From: Dehalococcoidia bacterium
Lineage (GTDB): Bacteria > Chloroflexota > Dehalococcoidia > Lucifugimonadales > UBA2985
Length of the DNA stretch: 64,000 nucleotides
Direction: 5' to 3'
NCBI GenBank assembly: GCA_965247535.1
Contig: OZ252018.1
Span: forward strand, 1,909,540-1,973,539
Below, one piece after another: positions 8,966 to 17,990 of the stretch. The notes beneath the pieces are model-generated. The model did not search any database, had not been told where the DNA came from, and saw only the letters and a program-made list of their open reading frames with translations. Position 1 is the first letter of the stretch, and the number at the start of each line of letters is the position of its first letter. Both the position numbers and the translations under genes were made by a program.

Positions 8966-10008
8966 AGCTTGAACCTCCCAAGCAGGCCCTGCGGCCTGAA
9001 CAGCATGAGCAGCACCAGCATCAAGCCGAGCGCCATCTGCCGGGCCTGACCCACGTGCTCGTCGGGCACAAACGGCAGGAAGCGCAGCCCCTCCTCCAGA
9101 AGAACGAACGCCAGCGCTCCGAGGATCGAGCCCCAGATGCTCGCCAAGCCTCCAAGGATTACGATGCACACCAGCAGGACTGATTCCAGCAGGACAAAAG
9201 CGTTGGGATCCACGAACCTGGTCCAGCTTCCAAACAGCCCTCCGGCCAGCGCCGCCATCATGGCCGAGATGACCCAGACCGCCAGCTTGTAGTGCGTCAC
9301 CCGGTATCCGAACACCTCCGCTGCCCGCTCGTCCTCGCGAATGGTTGTGAGGACACGCCCGAAGGACGAGGTCACGATGAGCCACGAAACCAGCGTCACC
9401 AGCGCAAGGCACACGAGAGCCAGCGCCAGGAACTCGACCTCGTCGTCGAACACCCACCCGCCTATCTGCGGCCTTGCGACCTCGTGGATGCCGAACGCGC
9501 CGCGGGTGACGCCCCTGAGATTCAGGAAGGAGTTGAAGGCGATGATGGCAAAACCGAACGAGACAAGCACGAAGATGTCGTCTCTGAATCGGTTGAACAC
9601 CACGCCTACGACCAGGGCCGTTAGCCCAGCGAGACAGACACCCACGGCCAGCGCCGCGAAGAACGTCCACTCGTAGGTGGGAACCGAGCCCGTACGAAGC
9701 AGCTCGTAGTCGGCCGTGGAGGTGAGGACTGCGACCGAGTACGCCCCAATCCCGAAGAAGCCGATATGGCCCACGGACAGCAGGCCCGTGTATCCAACGA
9801 CCAGATTGAGGCTAACCGACAGTATGGCCCAGATCGCGAACACCGTGCCCAGCCCGATCGCAAATCCCATGCCCTGCCACACGGCGAACACCACGGCCCA
9901 CGTGAGAATGATCAGGTTGGCCCACAGCTCCAGGTTGCCTCGCATGCCGCTCAGCATGCGCCTGGGGTCCCAGACCGGTCTTGGTTGCCCGCCAGTGTCG
10001 ACGTTCAC
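8962..10008 (-). CDS. livM: Branched-chain amino-acid ABC transporter permease (LivM type)
   Basis: 348 aa, polytopic. GYTGLLSVGHIGFFGIGAY motif typical of LivM. Confidence 0.85.
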   Translation of the reverse strand: MNVDTGGQPRPVWDPRRMLSGMRGNLELWANLIILTWAVVFAVWQGMGFAIGLGTVFAIWAILSVSLNLVVGYTGLLSVGHIGFFGIGAYSVAVLTSTADYELLRTGSVPTYEWTFFAALAVGVCLAGLTALVVGVVFNRFRDDIFVLVSFGFAIIAFNSFLNLRGVTRGAFGIHEVARPQIGGWVFDDEVEFLALALVCLALVTLVSWLIVTSSFGRVLTTIREDERAAEVFGYRVTHYKLAVWVISAMMAALAGGLFGSWTRFVDPNAFVLLESVLLVCIVILGGLASIWGSILGALAFVLLEEGLRFLPFVPDEHVGQARQMALGLMLVLLMLFRPQGLLGRFKL

Positions 10009-10012
10009 TGCA

Positions 10013-11383
10013 CTACCTCCGGGGCAGCAGGCCCCTGGGCCAGAACGACAGGAACAGGATGAGCATCACGAAGGAGATGACGTCCCGCCACTCGCCGGCC
10101 AGGTCCCATATTCCAAACTGCTCCACCATACCGAGAGCAAGCCCGCCAAGAGCGGCGCCGTACAGGTTCCCAATCCCCCCGACCACGGACGCGATCCACC
10201 CCTTGAGCAGGAGCAGCAACCCCATCCTTGGCTGAATCGCCGTGTCGTGCCCGCTCAGCACGCCCGCCAACGCGGCGAGGACTGCGCCGATGAAAAACAC
10301 CACGGCGATCACCAACGTCGTGTTGATGCCCACGACCTTGGACACCTCCTCATCGTCCCCGATGGCTCGTATGGCCCTCCCCAGCGACGTGCGGTTCAAG
10401 AGGAACAGCAGCCCCGTGAATGCGACAATCGCCACTCCGACCGTGAAGAGGTTGAATCCCTTGATGGTGCCGCCCAAGATATTCAACGGCCTGCTGCCGA
10501 ATGCGTCCGGTAGCGGACGGGGCGCGCTGTCGAACACCAGGACAATGGCGGCGGAAATGGCCAGCAGTATGCCCAGCGTGGCCACGAGCATAACAAGGGG
10601 AGACCTGGCCCGCTCCCTCATCTGAGCGTACAACCCGCGGTAGAGCGCCAGGCCGACCGTCCCGGCCAGCAGGCAGGACAACGCCCAACTGAGATACAGC
10701 CGTGATCCGGGCTCGCCGATCAGGAAAAGGGTGGTGAACGCTCCAACCGCCAGGCCCACCACGCCTGCCACAACAACGACGAGCCGTATAGCCTCGTCCG
10801 GAGCCAGGCGGTCCAGACCTCTGTACACGACCCAGCCGGTCACCGCGGCCGCCGCGCATCCCACAGCCGGGCTCAGGGTCACGTTCAGGTCCTCTGCGTA
10901 GTGCAGGACCGCCAGGGTGTAGCATCCCGCGGACGCCGACAGTATCCCGCCCGCGGCGAGCAGTACCTCCCTGTTGTACCGGCGGCTCAGCCGGTGGTAG
11001 AGCGTCTCGTAGAGGATCCAGGCGACCACACCGGCCACGACGGACGCGAACAGCACGTTGACGTAGGCATTGTGCACAGCATGCAGCCCGCTCAGTGCGT
11101 CCTTGGAGCGCACGTAGAAGACGCCGTATGCGCCGATGGCCGCCGCCGCTCCGTAGTAGAGATCAAAGAACCAGACCGTGCTGTAGACAATGGTGAACCC
11201 CATTGCCAGCAGGGCGTACACCGCGCCCACCGAGAGGCCGTTGAAGCCGAACTGCAGCGCCTGGCTCGGCGACTCGCCTATCTTCCAGCCGACATAGGCG
11301 ATGACAGCCGCGACCAGCGCCGCTGCGAGCAGCCTGCCCCGGTGGTCGCCGGACCACAAAGTCCGGCCGCTCCCCAGGCGCAC
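10013..11383 (-). CDS. livH: Branched-chain amino-acid ABC transporter permease (LivH type) with internal insertion
   Basis: 456 aa with a GTG start. LivH-like ends (NGLSVGAVYALLAMGFTIVYS... and ...GGIGNLYGAALGGLALGMVEQ), but about 150 aa longer than usual, with extra hydrophobic segments in the middle. Confidence 0.75.
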   Translation of the reverse strand: MRLGSGRTLWSGDHRGRLLAAALVAAVIAYVGWKIGESPSQALQFGFNGLSVGAVYALLAMGFTIVYSTVWFFDLYYGAAAAIGAYGVFYVRSKDALSGLHAVHNAYVNVLFASVVAGVVAWILYETLYHRLSRRYNREVLLAAGGILSASAGCYTLAVLHYAEDLNVTLSPAVGCAAAAVTGWVVYRGLDRLAPDEAIRLVVVVAGVVGLAVGAFTTLFLIGEPGSRLYLSWALSCLLAGTVGLALYRGLYAQMRERARSPLVMLVATLGILLAISAAIVLVFDSAPRPLPDAFGSRPLNILGGTIKGFNLFTVGVAIVAFTGLLFLLNRTSLGRAIRAIGDDEEVSKVVGINTTLVIAVVFFIGAVLAALAGVLSGHDTAIQPRMGLLLLLKGWIASVVGGIGNLYGAALGGLALGMVEQFGIWDLAGEWRDVISFVMLILFLSFWPRGLLPRR

Positions 11384-11436
11384 CTCACTCTCCGGCCGGC
11401 CGGACTCCGACTCCCAGGTCCGTGAAGTGGCCGGGG

Positions 11437-12627
11437 CTACTCAACACTTGGCGCGCCTCCCAGGATCTCATAGCCCTGGTTGTCCAGGTTCCTCTGGGCC
11501 ACGGGGAGCACCTGCACCACCACGTTGGAGAGACCCTCAACCTCGCCCTTGTCGTCAAAGGTGAAGTCGTCGCCGATTGCGCCGCTGAACGTCAGGTCGT
11601 AGAGGCAGTCCCGGAAGCCGTCCGCGTCCTGGTCGTCCTCGGTCTCCTTCAGGCACTCCGCGGCGATGAATACATCGTCGTAGGCGGAGCCCAGGAACCA
11701 GGGCAGGGTGATGAAGCCGTAGCGCTCTCGGAAGTTGGTGAGGAATTGCCTGCCGCGCTCGGTTTCCAGGTCCGGGCTGGGGATGATGGCCTTCATGCCG
11801 TCCGCGGCCGCTCCCGCGATCTCCAGGGCCTGCGTGCCGGCCACCACGCTCTCGCCGTAGATTGGGCCGTTGTAGCCCAGCTCCCGAAGCTGCTTGACGA
11901 TGGTGCCGCCGGTGAACTCCGACTGCGCCGCAACGTGGATGGCGTCCGGGTTGGACTCCGTCAGCTTGGTCAGCTGGCTCCGGAAGTCGGTTGCGTCGGA
12001 GGCATACGCCTCGGCCACGCTGATCGTGCCGCCAAGCGCCTCGAAGCGCTGCGTGGTGGTCTGGCGAACACCCTCGGCGTAGTCGGTAAGCTCGTTGATG
12101 GTGGCTATGCTCCGGGCGCCGTCCGACCACATGGAGTTGCCGGTGTCTACGCCAAGCTTGCTGTCGTTGATAGCGGTGCGGAATATGTAGTCGCCCGCCT
12201 CAGCGATGTCGGGGTTGGTGGCGGAAGCGGAGAGCATTACCACGCCGTCCTGCTCCGCCAGGGGGGCCGCGCCGAGCATGGCGCCGCTGCAGGACGTACC
12301 CAGAATGATCTTCACGCCGTCAACGTCCGTAAGCTTGTTGTATGCGGTGATGGCGTCAGCCGCTCCGCACTTGGAGTCCTCGATAACGAGCCGGAGCGGG
12401 CGGCCGTCTACGCCGCCGGCGGCGTTGATCTCGTCGGCGGCCATCTGCTTGGCCTGTACCATAACCGTCCCGTACGACTCGCCCGGGCCGGTGACCGACT
12501 CCATAACCCCAATAGTGTAGGGTTCATCCTCCGCCACTTCGCCGTTTGTTTCGCATGCGGCTAGGGCAACCGCCAAGACTAGAACGAGACCAAGCATGGC
12601 AACCATGTTCAAACGCAGGGGTTTCAT
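11437..12627 (-). CDS. livK: Leu/Ile/Val-type periplasmic binding lipoprotein of the ABC operon
   Basis: 396 aa. Signal peptide plus lipobox (LAVALAAC). Type-1 PBP pattern (IGVMESVTGPGESYG...INAAGGVDGRPLRLVIEDSKC). First gene of the five-gene minus-strand operon. Confidence 0.8.
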   Translation of the reverse strand: MKPLRLNMVAMLGLVLVLAVALAACETNGEVAEDEPYTIGVMESVTGPGESYGTVMVQAKQMAADEINAAGGVDGRPLRLVIEDSKCGAADAITAYNKLTDVDGVKIILGTSCSGAMLGAAPLAEQDGVVMLSASATNPDIAEAGDYIFRTAINDSKLGVDTGNSMWSDGARSIATINELTDYAEGVRQTTTQRFEALGGTISVAEAYASDATDFRSQLTKLTESNPDAIHVAAQSEFTGGTIVKQLRELGYNGPIYGESVVAGTQALEIAGAAADGMKAIIPSPDLETERGRQFLTNFRERYGFITLPWFLGSAYDDVFIAAECLKETEDDQDADGFRDCLYDLTFSGAIGDDFTFDDKGEVEGLSNVVVQVLPVAQRNLDNQGYEILGGAPSVE

Positions 12628-12652
12628 GTTACGTCCCTTCCGTCCACGTCCA

Positions 12653-12670
12653 AATACTGCCCGTAGTATT
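12653..12670. promoter_or_regulatory. Inverted repeat AATACT-N6-AGTATT just upstream of the livK start
   Basis: Read directly: aatactgcccgtagtatt, 26-43 nt upstream of the livK start codon (12627) on the minus strand. Function unknown. Confidence 0.2.
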
Positions 12671-12787
12671 CATTACATCCTATAACACACCCCACCAATC
12701 CGCAAGCCTGCGACGGGCGAGCGTAGCGTGTGCGAGGGATGTTTGGCGGGACACGGTTGAGTTCAGCTAACCATCGCCGGCCTAGCC

Positions 12788-13264
12788 TCAGAATCCGTCC
12801 CAGCCGGGGATGGCGGCCGCCTGTCGCACCCAGCTCGCAAAGAGCTCCTCGTCGATGTGGCCGTCCTCGTAGACGTGGTAGTAGCGCGCATCCTCGTCCC
12901 TGGAGTCGACGGGAGGCATGGGCGTCAGCGACTTGCCGTAGAGGAAACACACCTTGATGTACCTGTCGAAGCAGTGGTAGCTGAGAAACCAGCCCTGGCC
13001 CTCGACGCCGTAGAAGGGCGAGTTCCACCTCACGGCCTTCCGCACGCCGGGGACCGTTCGAACGATGAGGTCGTCCAGGCGGCGGCCCAGCTCGCTCTTC
13101 CAGCCTGGCATTGCTGCGATGTAGGCCTGCACGGGCGCGTCGCTGTCCGCCTTGGCGATCTGCGGGTTGCCGCCCGAAAGTAGCACGGGCTGCTTCTCAC
13201 CGGCGTCTCCGGCATGCTGCTCGCCTGCTGCCTTCCTTGGACTCCTAGGCGATCTGGTGCTCAT
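12788..13264 (-). CDS. DUF1801 (YdhG-like) domain protein
   Basis: 158 aa. Core ...VQAYIAAMPGWKSELGRRLDDLIVRTVPGVRKAVRWNSPFYGVEGQGWFLSYHCFDRYIKVCF matches the DUF1801 pattern. Confidence 0.7.
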   Translation of the reverse strand: MSTRSPRSPRKAAGEQHAGDAGEKQPVLLSGGNPQIAKADSDAPVQAYIAAMPGWKSELGRRLDDLIVRTVPGVRKAVRWNSPFYGVEGQGWFLSYHCFDRYIKVCFLYGKSLTPMPPVDSRDEDARYYHVYEDGHIDEELFASWVRQAAAIPGWDGF

Positions 13265-13322
13265 TTCAATCCTTCCGTTGTCTCTGCATCCGACCGGTTG
13301 GGCTGGCGGTCGTTTGGTGCGA

Positions 13323-14264
13323 TCAGCCGCCGATCCCGGACGCCTCGCACAGCGCGTCCGCCATCGAGGTTATCATGTCCGCCATTGCCAACCGCGAGCG
13401 CCACTCCTGCGGGATGGCTTCTGCGCCGTAGTGCGCACCCGCTATCTGTCCGTAGATCGCGCCGGTCGTGTCGGCGTCATCGCCGAGGTTGACCGCCAGC
13501 AGCGCGCCCTCGCGGAAGTCGCTCGACTTGTCGAACGCCCAAAGCGCCGCCTCAAGCGTCTTCACGACGTAACTTGATCCCACGATTTCCGGCGGCTCCC
13601 GGCTCGCGAACGAGCCTGATGCGATCTCCGCTATGGTCTCGTCGAGTGGTTCGCGCTCCCACAGCCCATCGACGGGGCAGTAGCCCGGCGCAAGCAGCGT
13701 CTGCTTGTCCACGCCGTTCAGCGCGCCCACGAGCAAGCCGCCGAAGTACCGGCAGGCGTCGACGGCCTGGGGTGCGGCGTGCGTGGTCCGGGAGCTCAGG
13801 GCCGCGCGGTCGATTGCCTCTGCTGCGTCACCGGCGTAGTACATCGGAACGGGCGCAAGGCGCATGAGCGAGCCGTTGCCAGCGCTTCCTCGATCCCGTG
13901 TGCCGGCGAAGGGTTCGCCGGTTGCCTGAAATCGCGCGAGCGCGGCGCTGACCGTATTGCCAATGTCAAAGGTGTGACCCGTCGAAGACATGTAGCCCTC
14001 CCGCCACCACCGCACGTATCGCTGCATCTGGTCGAGTGGATCGAAGCCGCTGCACTCCAGCAGGCTGGCCGCCAGGCAGAGCGCCATCGACGTGTCGTCC
14101 GTCCACTGGCCGGGCCTCAGGTGGAACGGCCCGCCGCCCACCATGTCGTCGATTGGCTCGAAGGTTCCGGGCGCCTTGAACTCGAGCGTCGTGCCGAGGG
14201 CATCGCACGCCGCGAGGCCGAGGAGGCAGCCGCGGAAGCGGTCTATTGTCGTCGGTTGGCTCAT
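13323..14264 (-). CDS. ADP-ribosylglycohydrolase (ARH/DraG) family protein
   Basis: ORF 13323..15032 trimmed to ATG 14264 (SD AGGTGG, 20 nt after the phosphatase stop). Motifs: [67 protein letters not shown]. Confidence 0.85.
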   Translation of the reverse strand: MSQPTTIDRFRGCLLGLAACDALGTTLEFKAPGTFEPIDDMVGGGPFHLRPGQWTDDTSMALCLAASLLECSGFDPLDQMQRYVRWWREGYMSSTGHTFDIGNTVSAALARFQATGEPFAGTRDRGSAGNGSLMRLAPVPMYYAGDAAEAIDRAALSSRTTHAAPQAVDACRYFGGLLVGALNGVDKQTLLAPGYCPVDGLWEREPLDETIAEIASGSFASREPPEIVGSSYVVKTLEAALWAFDKSSDFREGALLAVNLGDDADTTGAIYGQIAGAHYGAEAIPQEWRSRLAMADMITSMADALCEASGIGG

Positions 14265-14284
14265 TGCGGTCCGGCCACCTGAGG

Positions 14285-14818
14285 CTATTCGGCCCACTCC
14301 ATGATGTACCGGCGCTGCTCGGACGTTTCCGGCGATTGCGGCCTTCGATAGCTCTTGGCCACGCCCTTCCACCACGTCGCAATCTGTGCGAGGGCCTCCT
14401 CCCCCGAGTACCCACGGCGACGAAGCCAGCATCCAACAACGGTGCCGGTGCGCCCAATTCCTCCCCAGCAGTGAACGTAGACCGTCTCGCCCCGCTCCAT
14501 TGCGGAGTCGATCGCGTCCAAAATCTCGACCATCCGCGTTTTGTGGGGAGTGGACCTGTCGACGATGGGGTGGCGCTCCCAGTCTAGGGACCGCGATAGC
14601 CTGCCGGCTTCCTGCTGCGCGATCTCGCGATACGAGTCCAGTTCCCCCTCCTCCGTCAGATCGATGAAGCGACTGACGCCGGCAGCGAGTAGGCTGCTCA
14701 GTTTCTCCCTGGCGTTCGAACGAAAGATGTCTCCGGGGTACTCTCCGGCCGCGAACTTCCCGGGCCTGACCCAGTAGCTGTTGGGTATGGGGCGTTCGTT
14801 GTGTGTGGGTGATGTCAT
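14285..14818 (-). CDS. Dual-specificity / Cys-based protein-tyrosine-phosphatase-fold protein
   Basis: 177 aa. Catalytic loop [13 protein letters not shown] (HCx5R[S/T]). GAGGAGG SD upstream of ATG 14818. Confidence 0.8.
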   Translation of the reverse strand: MTSPTHNERPIPNSYWVRPGKFAAGEYPGDIFRSNAREKLSSLLAAGVSRFIDLTEEGELDSYREIAQQEAGRLSRSLDWERHPIVDRSTPHKTRMVEILDAIDSAMERGETVYVHCWGGIGRTGTVVGCWLRRRGYSGEEALAQIATWWKGVAKSYRRPQSPETSEQRRYIMEWAE

Positions 14819-15042
14819 GGGTCGGTAACGCCTCCTCTAGTTTCCAGGTGCGGGCCACGCAGCACTGCGTTGGCTGGAGTGCGGTTCGCCGGGAGGATGA
14901 GAGAACGTGAACTGAGTACGACTGAAGCCGGTTGGCTGCCGTCCATTCGCATTCTTTACCATGAAGATTCCCTGAGTCAAGTGCGGCTATGTCCACATGA
15001 CCACCACGCCGGACAGGATGGGCCCCGACCAAGGCTCAAGAC

Positions 15043-15070
15043 TTGCAACAGTGGTGGTTTGCGCTAAAAT
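15043..15070 (+). promoter_or_regulatory. Sigma70-like promoter for degV (TTGCAA-N16-TAAAAT)
   Basis: -35 at 15043-15048 and -10 at 15065-15070. About 45 nt upstream of the degV ATG, which has a GAGGAGG SD at 15104-15110. Confidence 0.5.
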
Positions 15071-15114
15071 GCTGTTGACCTTCGCGCCGCGCGCACCATC
15101 ACAGAGGAGGTCTC

Positions 15115-15951
15115 ATGTCCGTACGAATTGTGACCGACAGTTGCTCGGATCTTCCCCCTGACACGGCCCTGGCCTGCGGCATTACTGTGGTACCGCTCTT
15201 GGTGAACGCGGGAGGAGAGACGTACCGCGACGGCGTTGACATCAGTGCCGACCGGTTCTACGAACTCCTGCAATCGCTTCCCGATCTGCCCACGACCTCC
15301 CAGCCGCCTCCCGCAGAAATTGCCGAGATATACGATCAGCTGCTTGAAGATGGTCACGACGTGGTTGCGATTCACGTCAGCTCCATCCTGAGTGGGACCT
15401 ACAACTCGGCGAGCCAGGCCAAGGAGATGTCGAAGGACCCTACCCGCGTCACAGTGGTGGACTCGTATCTTGCGGGCGGGGCACTTGGACTGCTGGCCCT
15501 CGAAGCCGCCGTGCTGGCTCAGCAGTATGATGATCACAGCGAGGTGGCCGGCCAGGCGGAGAAGCGAGTGGAAAGGCAGACCGGCTACGTCATGGTCGAT
15601 ACGCTCAAGTACCTCGCCAAGGGCGGACGAATTGGGAAGGCGCAGGCCTTCATGGGCGAAGCGCTGCAGCTCAAGCCCATTCTGAGCGTTCGAGACGGCG
15701 CGGTGCACCCGGAGGAGCGCCCCAGGACAAGAAGGAAGGCGCTGGACAGGCTTTCCAGCCTTGTCCGCAGCCTGGCGCCGGTCAGCCGCCTTCACGTAAG
15801 CTACACGACAGGCCCCGACGACGCACACTCGCTGCGCGCTTCGCTGGCCGACCTGGTGGAACCGGAGAATATCGTGGAATCCCGATTCGGTCCGGTCCTG
15901 GGGACCCACCTGGGGCCCGGGGCAATTGGGGTGGCGGTAACGCGGGACTAG
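15115..15951 (+). CDS. degV: DegV family fatty-acid-binding protein
   Basis: 278 aa. VRIVTDSCSDLPPD..., PTTSQPPPAEIAEIY, HVSSILSGTYNSA are typical of DegV. Confidence 0.85.
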   Translation: MSVRIVTDSCSDLPPDTALACGITVVPLLVNAGGETYRDGVDISADRFYELLQSLPDLPTTSQPPPAEIAEIYDQLLEDGHDVVAIHVSSILSGTYNSASQAKEMSKDPTRVTVVDSYLAGGALGLLALEAAVLAQQYDDHSEVAGQAEKRVERQTGYVMVDTLKYLAKGGRIGKAQAFMGEALQLKPILSVRDGAVHPEERPRTRRKALDRLSSLVRSLAPVSRLHVSYTTGPDDAHSLRASLADLVEPENIVESRFGPVLGTHLGPGAIGVAVTRD

Positions 15952-16185
15952 GCGGCAGAGAGACTTCGTATGCGGTCTTTCCCTCCAAGCCGCGGCGCTT
16001 CATGAGACGCAATCCCGAGTCTCAAACTTGGCAAACTTTAGAGTTCGCCCATGGCCCGCTCAAGATTCCGTGACCTCTGCCATCAGAATATGCTGCCAGA
16101 ATGGTAGCTGAGGTCCTGTGAGCAGTCCCATGCGATGCTGCGGGTAGCCTGCTGAAGTAGAGGCCTACGTGCTGGATGAGAGAAC

Positions 16186-17943
16186 ATGGCCAGTCCCGTA
16201 AACGAGCATATCCGCTACGAACCGGATGAAGTTCCACCGCCGCTGGTAGCCCTGGGGGCCGGGGCGCAGGCGGCGGCGCTCATTGTGGCGCCCGTGGTCC
16301 TCACCGTCGTGATAGTAGTGCGGATCGCCGGCGCTTCGGAGAGCTACCTGGTATGGGGCGTGTTCGCGGCCATGGTGGTCTGCGGTCTAACCACCGCGTT
16401 GCAGGCGGCGCGCATCGGACGGTTCGGATCGGGGCACGTTCTCATAATGGGCACGTCCGGGGCCTTCATCGCGGTTAGCGTGGCCGCGCTGCAGCTGGCC
16501 GGTCCCGCGAAGCTGGCTACGCTTGTAGTCATCTCATCGCTGTTCCAGTTCCTCCTGGCTGCGCGGCTGTCGTTGCTGCGGCGCATCTTCACTCCCACGG
16601 TCGCGGGCGTGGTCATTATGCTCATAACCGCCACCGTCGCGCCGGTTATCTTCAATTCGCTGACGCAGGTACCCGAAGGCACGAACGAAGCAGCTGCTCC
16701 CCTTGCAGCCGGGGTCACACTGCTGGTGGTCACAGGGCTGATCCTTCGAGGGCCGCCGTCTCTGCGCCTGTGGTCACCCGTCCTGGGCGTCATAGCAGGG
16801 TGCGCCGTCGGCGCGCCATTCGGCATATACGACACGGGAGTCGTGCAGGACGCTGCGTGGTTCGGCGTTCCCGTGGGCGAGTGGCCCGGATTCGATCTGA
16901 AGCCTGATGCGGCCTTTTGGGCGCTCCTGCCCGCCTTCGCAGTGGTGACGCTCGTGGGAGCCATCGAGACCATAGGCGATGGCGTTGCCATCCAGCGCGT
17001 GTCGCGGCGCCGGCCACCGGCCACCGACTTCCAGGTGGTGCAGGGCGCCCTGAACGCTGACGGTATGGGCAACCTGTTGTCAGGACTGGCCGGCACACTG
17101 CCCAACACGACGTACTCAACCAGCATATCGCTGGCGGAGGTGACGGGCATCGGCGCGCGGCGCGTTGGCATAATCATCGGCGCAATCATCTTCGCCCTGG
17201 CGTTCTTCCCAAAGATCGCGGCGCTGCTCATTGCCATACCTTCGCCCGTAGCAGCCGCGTACATCATGGTCCTGCTTGCCCTTCTCTTCGTGCAGGGAAT
17301 GCGCATCATAGTCCAGGACGGCGTGGACCATCGCAAGGCGATGGTCGCCGGCCTGAGCTTCTGGCTGGGCGTGGGATTCCAGAACGGGTGGATCTTTCCC
17401 GACCTCCTGGGCGACGGCTTTCTGGCGATACTGCTGGGCAACGGCATGACCTCGGGCGCGATCGCCGCTGTGATCATGATGGTGTTCCTGGAGCTCACTG
17501 GGCCAAGGCGTAAACGCCTTCGCGTTTCACTCGACGACGACACACTTCCGCGCGTGAGCGCTTTCCTGCGGGACTTTGCCATGAACGCGGGGTGGAACGC
17601 CGCGGCGGCCGAGCGGCTGGTTCTCGTGGGTGAGGAGACGCTCCTCAGCATGTCCTCAGACGACCAGGACATACCGGCCGGTCGCCGGCTGGTTGCCACA
17701 GCGCGCAGCCTTGGCCGCGAAGCGGAGGTGGAGTTCATCGCGGCGGCCGGAGGCGAGAACCTGGAGGACAGGCTCGCGTACCTGGGCGACGCGCCGGACA
17801 TCTCCGACGAACGGGAGATTTCCTTCCGCCTGCTGCGCCACCTTTCAACGTCAGTGAGCCACCAGAAGTACCACGGCGTGGAAGTTGTGTCCGTGAGGGT
17901 GGCGTCCAGCCAGGGAGGGGAGCGGGCCGGCGCGGATTCCTGA
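16186..17943 (+). CDS. NCS2 (xanthine/uracil/vitamin C) family permease with ~145-aa C-terminal cytoplasmic tail
   Basis: 585 aa. Polytopic core with NCS2-like segments (GSGHVLIMGTSGAFIAV..., LPNTTYSTSISLAEVTGIGARRVG). A soluble tail follows the last TM helix (from 17506). Confidence 0.8.
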   Translation: MASPVNEHIRYEPDEVPPPLVALGAGAQAAALIVAPVVLTVVIVVRIAGASESYLVWGVFAAMVVCGLTTALQAARIGRFGSGHVLIMGTSGAFIAVSVAALQLAGPAKLATLVVISSLFQFLLAARLSLLRRIFTPTVAGVVIMLITATVAPVIFNSLTQVPEGTNEAAAPLAAGVTLLVVTGLILRGPPSLRLWSPVLGVIAGCAVGAPFGIYDTGVVQDAAWFGVPVGEWPGFDLKPDAAFWALLPAFAVVTLVGAIETIGDGVAIQRVSRRRPPATDFQVVQGALNADGMGNLLSGLAGTLPNTTYSTSISLAEVTGIGARRVGIIIGAIIFALAFFPKIAALLIAIPSPVAAAYIMVLLALLFVQGMRIIVQDGVDHRKAMVAGLSFWLGVGFQNGWIFPDLLGDGFLAILLGNGMTSGAIAAVIMMVFLELTGPRRKRLRVSLDDDTLPRVSAFLRDFAMNAGWNAAAAERLVLVGEETLLSMSSDDQDIPAGRRLVATARSLGREAEVEFIAAAGGENLEDRLAYLGDAPDISDEREISFRLLRHLSTSVSHQKYHGVEVVSVRVASSQGGERAGADS

Positions 17944-17990
17944 GGAGCAACGGCCGCCTTACGCATCTAGCCTGCGCCACTCAGCGCCGG

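Noticed and set aside
11422-12564. 380-aa plus-strand ORF
   Set aside because: It is antisense to the livK-type binding protein. The composition is typical of shadow frames. The same reasoning applies to 37120..38118, 39838..40875, 3376..4176, 30054..30968 and 33502..34254.
13323-15032. 569-aa ORF-track call treated as one gene
   Set aside because: Only the last 314 codons are ARH-like. The upstream part overlaps, in another frame, the phosphatase gene that has a clean HCx5R motif and its own SD. The same kind of trimming was applied to 8204..9670, 37078..38775, 4701..5792, 31305..32528, 60347..61645 and 2337..3188.
15952-16185. Purine/guanine riboswitch upstream of the NCS2 permease
   Set aside because: There is no recognisable three-way-junction consensus (no UAUAAU...CCGUAAAU-type core). 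The region also contains only a spurious 71-aa minus-strand ORF.
16344-17966. 540-aa minus-strand ORF
   Set aside because: It is antisense to the NCS2 permease and low-complexity R/A/S/P/T-rich. The sense strand has clear permease sequence.
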